Source: a virus
Taxonomy: Duplodnaviria; Caudoviricetes
DNA length: 64,000 nucleotides
IMG/VR virus record: IMGVR_UViG_3300024232_000009
Coordinates: 1-64,000 of that record
Strand: one strand, 5' to 3'
The notes beneath the pieces were generated by a model. That model was given only the letters and a program-made list of their open reading frames with translations. It was not told the origin of the DNA and ran no database searches. Shown one piece after another: positions 50,698 through 58,684 of the stretch (position 1 is its first letter; every line of letters begins with the position of its first letter). The position numbers and the translations under genes were made by a program.

Positions 50698-53330
50698 GCC
50701 CCCATCCACGACTGGGTGGGGCCCGTCGCCGCCTCCACCATCTCACGACGGCCCTCGCGTGCTGGCGCGCGGTCCTTCACCGGCTCGGCGAACGTCAGCG
50801 CGACCGCGTCGCCCTCGTCAGGCGAGCGGATGCCGCGCTTCTTCATGTCCTCCTTGCTTTCGAGCACCATCTTCCCGTCCAGCGTCCGGTAATGGAAGCC
50901 TGGGGCCGAGAGATCACTCTGAAGGCTGTTAAGCTCCGGGAGATCGGCGCCGCCCACCTGACCCAGCCAATCGGCCAGCCGCTCCCACATTTGCGCCCGA
51001 CGGTTGAGCGGGCCGGCGCGCTTCGTGCCGTCGCGCAGGATCGTCACCTCTTGGTGCGCGGGATCGCCGAAGTTCACCAGCTTCAGCACCTTGGAGTAGG
51101 GTTCACCCCAGCTATTGAGGATATCGAAGAGCTTATCGCCGCCGCCGCCGACGTCCATGAACACGGCGTCCGGCTTGTCCTGATCGATGATGTCGCGCAG
51201 CCACGCCAGTTGCTCGTTAGTGCCGATGCCCGACCGGCTTTCGACCTTCGTCACCTTGCGGCCGCGGCGCCACGCCACCGAAAACCGACCATTCAGGCCG
51301 CGCCCGCCCGGGTCCACGCCGATGACCAGCGCGCCCAGGCCATCGCACACGTTACGCCGCGCCGCCATGACGAGCTCGGGATCGATGAACGAGTTCGCCG
51401 CCGTATATTGGAACATCTCCATCGGGCAGTTGTGCACGAGGATGCCACCGGCATCGAAGCATTCGGCCCCCGGGATCGTCAGGTCATAGACCGGCCGAGT
51501 TCCCGCCTCTGTCACCGAGGCCACACGATCCAGCAGGTTCGCATCCTGCCCAGGACGCCCTTGTCCATTCGATCGATAGCCACTTAGTCGGTCCTGTTTC
51601 CGCTGCGAGATAAACCCGACCTCACGTAGAAACAGGCGTGTCTCCTTGGCGCGCAGCACGAGCGCATTCCCTGGGAACACGCGACCGTCCTTCGCGATCT
51701 TGCGTTCCCTGGTGCGCCGACACGTGATGCCGAAGCCGAGCAACAGGTGCTGCACGTCCCGAAGGAACGCCTCGTGCTTCGAGAACAGAGAAACACCAGC
51801 GCCGCTTCGCTGGCAGAACCCGTCTGCCTCGAACAGCGCGCGCAAGAACTCCCGCACGATCGGTTTGGGAGAGGCGAATATGCACTCAGGCACCTTGACG
51901 ATGCGATGCGGCGCGGAGGGCCGGATCACATCCAGCGCGCGCAGCACATCAGCAAAGCCGGCACGGCCTATGCGAACCTCGACGCCGCCCCCCTGCTTGC
52001 CGACAGGCCGCGTTGTTGGCTCGCCTATGAACTCGGCAACCAAAGCCAACACGTCAGTCACCACATCGTCGTCAACGCCAGTGCAGACGATTGAGAATGT
52101 CCCATCGTGCCATGAGCCATCACCCATGAAGTAGCCGAGTAACCGGGCGAACCGCTCTGTGACGGCGAGGCGCGACACCACACATGGGAACGGATGCCAT
52201 TCGACCACGGCGTGATTGCGGGCGAACCGCGGCACAGCGAGTTGAACGATCTCACCCTCGGTTTCACCCGCCTCAATCCAAGAACCGTCATGTCGAGCGA
52301 TGCGATGGTCTGGCGTGCAGATGACCTCGTAACCCATCTCGGTCCTGACCTTGACCGTTTCCCGCTCGCCATTGGCCATCACAGCAGACACGGCGCCGGT
52401 TTGCGTCGAGCAACCCACCTTAACCTGCTCGATGGGCACCAAGCCGGCTTCGTGGACACCAACACGCTGACCAGCGGCAATGCAGGCCGGGTACTCCTGC
52501 TTGAACAGCTTCGGGTTCTTCAGCTCGAGGATCTTCGCACGGCGCCAGCACATTTGCGCGTCGGTCAGCTTGTAGAGCGCCTGATACTCGCGTTCCTCAT
52601 CGTCGCATGCGAACCCCGGCTCAGGCTCGCGCGCATACTCGCCGGCGACGAACCACGGGATGAATACCGCCTCGTAGTCGCCGATACCGCCCTCGGCCTG
52701 CTGCCAGTCAGCATGGAACAGACCGGTGGGCCCGTTGCCGGTGCTTTCCTTGATGATCTCGGTCCCTACGCGGTCAGGCACCGTCTGGACGACGCCCGCC
52801 TGGTGCGCCTCCGCGTTCGCGCTGAACGCCACCTCTGACCAGTGCAGCATCTGGATCGTCTGGGACCGGCCCGTGCCCTTGTTCGACGCCACGCCCACTG
52901 CGTAGCCGCTGTCGAGCTTGTCGAAGTAGAGCTCCTTCTCGTTCGACGCGCCCGTGCTGGGTCGAAGCGGCGTGTGTTCGTGGAACCGCGTCACCATTTC
53001 GAATAGCGCATCCGTGCCGGCCTGGCTGTGCGTCAGGATGAACGTGCGCAGTCCCTTGCGCAGGCTGGTGCGGTGATAGAACCGTCCTCCCACGTAGGTG
53101 CTCGCAGTCGTTTGCCGGCCCTTGCCGACGATGATGCGCACCTTGCCCGTCTTCGCGCGCTGCGCCTCTATGCGCTCGTGCAAATACCGCTGCTGGCTGT
53201 TCATCACGAACGGGATGATCAGCCCGTCCTTGTCCCTGATCTTCAGGCATTCCGCCGCGTAGCGCGGGTAATCGTCGCGTAGCCGCTTCAGATTGGCGAG
53301 GAACCGGTCCTCAGTCGTCGAGCCGGCCAA
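50694..53330 (-). CDS. terL: Terminase large subunit (intein-containing)
   Basis: RIIVGKGRQTTAST (ATPase), LHWSEVAF, ESTGNG, QEYPA|C, GVDPGG, SPDEGDAVALTFA (nuclease). TTG start at 53330 with GGAGG 6 nt upstream. Confidence 0.93.
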   Translation of the reverse strand: MAGSTTEDRFLANLKRLRDDYPRYAAECLKIRDKDGLIIPFVMNSQQRYLHERIEAQRAKTGKVRIIVGKGRQTTASTYVGGRFYHRTSLRKGLRTFILTHSQAGTDALFEMVTRFHEHTPLRPSTGASNEKELYFDKLDSGYAVGVASNKGTGRSQTIQMLHWSEVAFSANAEAHQAGVVQTVPDRVGTEIIKESTGNGPTGLFHADWQQAEGGIGDYEAVFIPWFVAGEYAREPEPGFACDDEEREYQALYKLTDAQMCWRRAKILELKNPKLFKQEYPACIAAGQRVGVHEAGLVPIEQVKVGCSTQTGAVSAVMANGERETVKVRTEMGYEVICTPDHRIARHDGSWIEAGETEGEIVQLAVPRFARNHAVVEWHPFPCVVSRLAVTERFARLLGYFMGDGSWHDGTFSIVCTGVDDDVVTDVLALVAEFIGEPTTRPVGKQGGGVEVRIGRAGFADVLRALDVIRPSAPHRIVKVPECIFASPKPIVREFLRALFEADGFCQRSGAGVSLFSKHEAFLRDVQHLLLGFGITCRRTRERKIAKDGRVFPGNALVLRAKETRLFLREVGFISQRKQDRLSGYRSNGQGRPGQDANLLDRVASVTEAGTRPVYDLTIPGAECFDAGGILVHNCPMEMFQYTAANSFIDPELVMAARRNVCDGLGALVIGVDPGGRGLNGRFSVAWRRGRKVTKVESRSGIGTNEQLAWLRDIIDQDKPDAVFMDVGGGGDKLFDILNSWGEPYSKVLKLVNFGDPAHQEVTILRDGTKRAGPLNRRAQMWERLADWLGQVGGADLPELNSLQSDLSAPGFHYRTLDGKMVLESKEDMKKRGIRSPDEGDAVALTFAEPVKDRAPAREGRREMVEAATGPTQSWMGA
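51429..52484 (-). other. Intein (352 aa) with LAGLIDADG homing endonuclease
   Basis: N-junction CIAAGQRV, C-junction YDLTI...GILVHN|C, internal LLGYFMGDG and FLRALFEADG. Confidence 0.93.
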
Positions 53331-53580
53331 GCAAAGCCTCCAACGTCGGGAGATCGGTGCTGTGCTCGATCGCGCGCCGCTTCGGTGCGATGTATTGCGC
53401 CAGTTCGGCGAACATGCGCCCGCGCAGCTCCATCGGGTTATTCTTGCCCATGGCGATGCGCGCCATGCCCACGATGGGATCGCAGCCCAGCTTGGCGAGC
53501 CGCTCGGCGACCTCAAGCGTGCGCTTGTTCGGCGCTCCCTTTGGCCGTCCAGCGCCTTGCCGCTTGCCACCTACCGGCAT
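53311..53580 (-). CDS. terS: Terminase small subunit
   Basis: GGKRQGAGRPKGAPNKRT...DP...MARIA...AELAQYIAPKRRAIE; overlaps the terL start. Confidence 0.8.
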   Translation of the reverse strand: MPVGGKRQGAGRPKGAPNKRTLEVAERLAKLGCDPIVGMARIAMGKNNPMELRGRMFAELAQYIAPKRRAIEHSTDLPTLEALLGRLDD

Positions 53581-53800
53581 GATTTATTCTGATTTGAAAT
53601 TGGCACTATCACGTAGCCGCGCGCGTCGATGGCGACCACGCCCCACAGTCTGGTGTCGGGCGGGAAGCTGAGAACGTCACCGACACGGATCAGCGGCTTG
53701 GTCAGTTTCTGTCTCCACTCGTGGAAACGGCCCGCCTGGATCACTCCTGGGTAGCGGGCCGCTTCACTCGGACGCGCCAACCCGGCGCGGATGTATGAGG

Positions 53801-54010
53801 TTAGCCGCGCGCCTTTTCGCCACCACTGCCAAGCCAACCTGCTGGCGGGTCGCGATCGAGCATGCGCGGGTTCGAGGGAGCAGACGACTCGATGGGGTAG
53901 CGCGTGTTACCCGGGCGCGAGCCCGAGCCTGTGCTGGTGTCCATCTTCGCCGAGGTCTGCGATGGAGCGCGCACGGTCCCTTGGACCGGGCTTCCGAGGG
54001 GCTGACCCAT
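53801..54010 (-). CDS. Small Ser/Pro/Gly-rich protein (69 aa)
   Basis: AAGGAG 7 nt before ATG 54010. Confidence 0.6.
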   Translation of the reverse strand: MGQPLGSPVQGTVRAPSQTSAKMDTSTGSGSRPGNTRYPIESSAPSNPRMLDRDPPAGWLGSGGEKARG

Positions 54011-54073
54011 TTGTGATCTCCTTCCATGTTGCAACGCCGCCATCTACTACCCGAATGTCACGCTCCGCAAGCC

Positions 54074-54901
54074 TCACAACAACAATCCATTGCGTTGGGC
54101 GAAATCCACCGGATGCTCGGCCCCCTTCCTTAGATTACATGGTGGGCACAGCAGTTGAATATTGCGATGCGAATTGGACCCGCCGAGTTTCAACGGCATG
54201 ACGTGATCAACGTGATATTTGGCCTTCAAGCTGGCGCGACAGGCTGGATTGGCGCATCGACCCCGCTGTCTTTTCAACAACGCCTCGATGTGGCGACGTT
54301 GAAAATTGCCGCCAGTTTGGGTTGTGCGTTCCAACCGTCGTAAGCGTTTAATCGCTCCAGCGGCTTTGATTGCCGGCGCGTTTCGTTTGCGCCCCTCTTT
54401 CTCTCGCGCATGCAGCATTTTGAGGTTCGCCACGCGAAACTCGGCTGATTGTCTACCAGCACACGACCGACAATACGGCTTCAGCCCGTCCCATGACTTC
54501 GTGCTCTTGTTGAAAGCATCAAAGTCCTTCTCGATCTCACAACGGGTACATATCTTAGTTCGGATTGCAAAACAGGTCCGATATATTTCAATCCTGGGAC
54601 GATGAACCTCTGCATTCTGGATGATTTTAAGGATCGTTGATCGCCTGACCCCAAAGTCCGCCGCCAGGACGCTCATACTCGTCGGCAGCAAATACCGCCG
54701 CACGACCTCGGCGTTGCGTTCTGTCTTCTTGTTCGGCCGGACGGGAATTATCGGCGCGCGAACTGCGCCGGCCACTTTAACGATCTGACTAATCCGCTGC
54801 GGAGTGACCCCGAACTCGACAGACAACGCCTCTAGGCTGGTAGGCAGAAGGTATCGGCGAACAATCTCAGCATTCCGCACTGGGTCTCCCCAGTCTTTCA
54901 T
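54074..54901 (-). CDS. HNH endonuclease with duplicated N-terminal HTH and Zn finger
   Basis: RNAEIVRRYLLPTS...EFGV twice; KICTRC...YCRSC; RCANPAC...HVDHVMPLKLGGSN...NIQLLCPPCNLRKG. Confidence 0.9.
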   Translation of the reverse strand: MKDWGDPVRNAEIVRRYLLPTSLEALSVEFGVTPQRISQIVKVAGAVRAPIIPVRPNKKTERNAEVVRRYLLPTSMSVLAADFGVRRSTILKIIQNAEVHRPRIEIYRTCFAIRTKICTRCEIEKDFDAFNKSTKSWDGLKPYCRSCAGRQSAEFRVANLKMLHAREKEGRKRNAPAIKAAGAIKRLRRLERTTQTGGNFQRRHIEALLKRQRGRCANPACRASLKAKYHVDHVMPLKLGGSNSHRNIQLLCPPCNLRKGAEHPVDFAQRNGLLL

Positions 54902-55068
54902 CGGTTCACCAGCCGGTTGAGGATGAACCGGACGCGCTGGCGTGCGAGCCTGGCGTAGAGGGACTCGGTCTCGGCGTGGGTGCGCTGCATGCGGCGATAG
55001 TCGGCGCGCACGATGGCGAGCTGCACGCTGTCGTCGTAATCGAGCCAGCCGGGCCAGTAATCAGGCAT
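54898..55068 (-). CDS. Hypothetical protein (56 aa)
   Basis: AAGGAG before ATG 55068; ATGA overlap with the HNH gene. Confidence 0.55.
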   Translation of the reverse strand: MPDYWPGWLDYDDSVQLAIVRADYRRMQRTHAETESLYARLARQRVRFILNRLVNR

Positions 55069-55393
55069 CGGCTCGCTCCTTCGCGACCAAGGCTGCGATG
55101 GCACGTCGGATGGTGTCGGTGCGCGTCACCGCGTCGCCGGTCTGCCGTCTGAGGCTGGCGCAATAGTCGTCGAGGGCAGCCAGTTCAGCCTCAGTCAACC
55201 GCAGCAGAATAGTCTTTGTGCGGGTGGAGCCAGCCTCCGGTGGGGAGGGCGACACTTCAGCGCCCACCAGTTCAATGACGAGTGACCCCGTGGACACTCC
55301 GACCTCGACGGCAATTCGTTTGAGCGATGCCAACATTCCCACCGGAAAGCGCACCGCGAACAACTCTGTTCCGCCTGCCCTGGGCTTCGTCAC
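55061..55393 (-). CDS. Tandem ribbon-helix-helix regulator
   Basis: Two RHH-like units (FAVRFPVGMLASLKRIA...GSLVIELV; TILLRLTEAELAALDDYC...RTDTIRRAI). GAGGTG site before GTG 55393. Confidence 0.7.
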   Translation of the reverse strand: MTKPRAGGTELFAVRFPVGMLASLKRIAVEVGVSTGSLVIELVGAEVSPSPPEAGSTRTKTILLRLTEAELAALDDYCASLRRQTGDAVTRTDTIRRAIAALVAKERADA

Positions 55394-55406
55394 GATCACC
55401 TCATAT

Positions 55407-55451
55407 TTGTATAACAAATCTCTTGTATAACATTCATGGACGTTATACAAG
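55407..55451. promoter_or_regulatory. Three TTGTATAAC boxes (putative operators) in the divergent promoter region
   Basis: TTGTATAAC at 55407 and 55423; perfect 10-bp inverted repeat CTTGTATAAC-N10-GTTATACAAG (55422-55451). Confidence 0.7.
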
Positions 55452-55531
55452 CCATTCCTGAGACCTGATTAACCGCTACGTAAGAGATCGATACCCGCGC
55501 CTCGGGGCTTTCAGGGGCAGGAGACAGGACC

Positions 55532-55738
55532 ATGGCAATATCCGTTCGCAAACTGACCCTCGACCTTCACACCGACCTCTCTAACCTCGACGCTTACGCT
55601 GGTAACCGCGTCATGATCGCGGCGCTCATCGCCACCGCGAGCGAGAAAATCGCAGTTATCACCGCGCACCTGAACGATACCGCCGCCGCTGCTGGTCTCG
55701 ACGCTCCCGGCATCATCCTCGACGGTAAAGCTGCCTGA
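55532..55738 (+). CDS. Hypothetical protein (68 aa), first gene of the rightward operon
   Basis: CAGGAG/CAGGAC ribosome site; clean ORF. Confidence 0.7.
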   Translation: MAISVRKLTLDLHTDLSNLDAYAGNRVMIAALIATASEKIAVITAHLNDTAAAAGLDAPGIILDGKAA

Positions 55739-55833
55739 CGCTCCACCCGAGGGATAGGCCAGCAGGCTGGTCTATCTCCCGCGTGACGCGGATCGACAGG
55801 GCGCCTCGCCTGATTTCAGGGGCTGGAACGAAA

Positions 55834-57426
55834 ATGAGCGAGACGAAAAGCAAGTCCTTGGAGCGCACCGCCGATGTGGCGGCCTTGCTCCGGGCCCGTA
55901 ACCCCCTCCTTTGGATCGTATCGCGCGAAGAGGCGCGGGTTGAGGCCGCGTTGTTCGAGGCCGCGGCATCAGCCGGCTACGTCGCGCGGACCTGGGACGT
56001 TGGCCAGGGCGTGGCTGACATGGGCGGGCGCGTTCAGCCTAACCTCGCCTCGCCTGACCCGGGCGACATGCTGCGGGTCATCGGCGAGCGCGCCCAACGC
56101 GGCGGCGAGCGTGGTGTGTGGATCCTCCGCGATCTCGCACCGTGGCTGTCCGGATCGATCGGGCTGACCACCTGCCGTCAACTCCGGAACCTCGCGCGCA
56201 TCCTGCCCACCATCGCGCGCGACAACGCGCAAGCCGTCATCGTGCTATCCACCAGCGCCGATGTGCCGCCCGAGCTGGCGAACCATGCGACCGTCATTGA
56301 ATGGCCAATGCCCGACCGCGAGGAAATCGCCGCCATCCTCGACGCCGCGATCAACGCGCTACCCGACACGATGAAGGAGACCGCCGCGCCGAACGGCACG
56401 CGCGATGCGGCAATCGATGCCGCGATCGGGCTGTCAGGCGAGGAAGCCGCCGCATGCTACGCGCGGTCGTTGGTGCAGCACCGCGCCATCGTCCCGGCGA
56501 CGGTCGCCAAGGAGAAGAAGCGGGTCATCGCCCGCGAGCGCGTGCTGGAATGGTACGATCCTCTCCTGGGCGGGCTGGACGCGGTTGGCGGGCTGGACGT
56601 GCTGAAGGGCTGGCTTGCCTCGCGCCGCCAGGCCTACAGCGCCAAGGCCCGCGCCTATGGCCTGCCCGCGCCGCGTGGCGCGATGCTGGTTGGCATTCCG
56701 GGGTGCGGCAAATCGTTGACCGCGAAAGCCATCGCGACGGCATGGGGCGTGCCGCTACTGCGCCTCGACCTGGGTTCGCTCAAGAGCAAGTTCGTAGGGG
56801 AGTCCGAGGGCAATCTTCGCCGCGCGCTGCGGGTCGTGGAGGCTATCGGCCGCTGCGTCGTGTGGCTGGACGAGATTGAAAAAGCACTGGCCGGCGCGAC
56901 CCAGGGCGCGGCCGACGGCGGCGTATCGTCCGATGCGCTTGGCACGATCCTGTCGTGGATGCAGGAGCGCGCGGGCGAGGCGTTCGTTATTGCCACCGCC
57001 AACGACGTGACCAGCCTACCGCCGGAACTGATGCGCAAGGGGCGGTTCGATGAGATTTGGTTCGTCGACCTTCCGACCTATCAGGAGCGCGCGGACATCG
57101 CTATTGCCGCGCTGAAGGCCAACGGTCGGGGAGATAACCGGACCATCGACCTTCCGGCTATCGCCAACGCCACGGCGGGCTTCACCGGATCCGAGATTGC
57201 CGCGCTTGTCCCGGACGCCATGTACACCGCGTTCGCCGACGGCGGGCGGGACATCATCACCTCGGACATGCTGATGGCCGCGGCGACGGTCGTCCCGCTG
57301 TCTAAGACATCAGCCGAGAAGATCGCCACGCTCCGCTCATGGGCCGAGGGACGCGCGCGCCGCGCCACCACCGCCGAGGCCGCTATCGCCGGGGGCACCA
57401 TCGCCGCCCGGTCCATCGATCTCTGA
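55834..57426 (+). CDS. Ycf46-like AAA+ ATPase
   Basis: Degenerate N-domain (LLRARNPLLWIVSREEAR) plus Walker A GIPGCGKS, Walker B VVWLDEIEK and SRH ATAND...LPPELMRKGRFDE. Confidence 0.9.
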   Translation: MSETKSKSLERTADVAALLRARNPLLWIVSREEARVEAALFEAAASAGYVARTWDVGQGVADMGGRVQPNLASPDPGDMLRVIGERAQRGGERGVWILRDLAPWLSGSIGLTTCRQLRNLARILPTIARDNAQAVIVLSTSADVPPELANHATVIEWPMPDREEIAAILDAAINALPDTMKETAAPNGTRDAAIDAAIGLSGEEAAACYARSLVQHRAIVPATVAKEKKRVIARERVLEWYDPLLGGLDAVGGLDVLKGWLASRRQAYSAKARAYGLPAPRGAMLVGIPGCGKSLTAKAIATAWGVPLLRLDLGSLKSKFVGESEGNLRRALRVVEAIGRCVVWLDEIEKALAGATQGAADGGVSSDALGTILSWMQERAGEAFVIATANDVTSLPPELMRKGRFDEIWFVDLPTYQERADIAIAALKANGRGDNRTIDLPAIANATAGFTGSEIAALVPDAMYTAFADGGRDIITSDMLMAAATVVPLSKTSAEKIATLRSWAEGRARRATTAEAAIAGGTIAARSIDL

Positions 57427-57452
57427 ACCTCACACACAAGGACACCACGACA

Positions 57453-58243
57453 ATGCAAATCTCAACTCTGCGCCCCGGATTGCTCGTATCACTTAAAACC
57501 TCCATGCGCGGCAACGTCAGCTACACGAAGATGGACATCGAGGCCGACCACCTAACCGATGACGGCACCCGGCAGGCCGCATGGGAGACCAAGCGGGGCA
57601 TCGAGCATCCGCGCGAGCATGAGGAAGCGACCAAGATCCGCAGCAAGGCGCGGAGCCTGATTACCTCGGTTTGCTCGCCGTCATCGTTCGGCCTGCTTTG
57701 CCCCGCGTCCGACGGGGAGAAGCTGACCGCCGCGGTGGAAGAGGCGCGCGGTCTGGCCGATGCGTTCAACCGCACCGCCAACGTGACCCGTATCGCGGTC
57801 TACGTGATCATCGGGCGCGTCGCCGCTGATGACGTGGAGGCAATCCGCGCGATCAATGGCGAGATCCGCGACCTCATGACCGCCATGGAACGCGGCCTTC
57901 GGAACCTCGACGTCCAGGCGGTCCGGGACGCCGCCAACAAGGCGAAAGCATTAAGCACGATGCTGTCACCAGACGCGGCGGAACGGGCCCAACGCGGCAT
58001 CGACGCCGCCCGCAGCGCGGCCCGCAAGATCGTCAAGGCCGGCGAACAGGCGCGGCGGAACTCGATGAGCAAACGATGCGCACGATCCAGCAGTCGCGCG
58101 CGGGCTTCATCGACATGGACGACGCCGCCGAGGTGCGCGAGGCCACCGTGACCGGCCGCGCGATCGACCTGGACGCCGACATGCCGGATCCCCCGCCCCC
58201 GGCTCCCGCCGCTGGCGTCGCCACCCCCGCCATTGAATTCTGA
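57453..58243 (+). pseudogene. AAA partner protein with a 1-nt frameshift near 58052
   Basis: Frame reads MQISTLRPGLLV...RKIVKAGEQA, then the protein-like continuation (AELDEQTMRTIQQSRAGFIDMD...RAIDLD...IEF*) resumes in another frame. Could be a sequencing error. Confidence 0.65.
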
Positions 58244-58257
58244 GGGAGACCACCGCA

Positions 58258-58602
58258 ATGCCGTGCGACACCCAACGCCGCCCAAATCAGACCTTTGACC
58301 AACGGAAAGCGGAGGTGCGCACGGCTATCGCGCGCCTGTCCGTCCTGCTGGCGAATGGCCAGGCCAAGGCCATCGTCTCCCGCGCTACCGGTTCGGTGGC
58401 GTTCAGGGGATGGGCCGAAGGCGAGACCGCCCGCGTGACTGACGCCTGCGCTTACCGGATCGTGATGGCGACCGGATCAGCCCTGGCGAAGCAGGCCATC
58501 GCGAAGGCGGAAATGCTGGCCGGCCGGACGGTTGACCGTGCGGCGTTGACCAATGGTTGGCACTCCCATGATGGGGGCGAGACTTTTCATAAAGGCCACT
58601 GA
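58258..58602 (+). CDS. Third gene of the AAA cassette (MPCDT...WHSHDGG protein)
   Basis: GGGAG site; Cys at both N-terminus and middle, His-rich C-terminus (WHSHDGGETFHKGH). Confidence 0.75.
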   Translation: MPCDTQRRPNQTFDQRKAEVRTAIARLSVLLANGQAKAIVSRATGSVAFRGWAEGETARVTDACAYRIVMATGSALAKQAIAKAEMLAGRTVDRAALTNGWHSHDGGETFHKGH

Positions 58603-58684
58603 CTGACCCTGACGTCCCCTGTACCCGCGCCGTGCTGGACAGGGAACGCCTGGAGCAGAAACCCAGGTCAACCAAGGAGCAACC

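Noticed and set aside
53331-53570. ORF-track N-terminal extension of terL
   Set aside because: It overlaps terS in another frame; the TTG at 53330 has a good Shine-Dalgarno.
53571-53837. 88-aa minus-strand ORF between terS and the 69-aa gene
   Set aside because: Start codon and ribosome site are unclear and it overlaps both neighbours. A short gene may exist here but I cannot define it.
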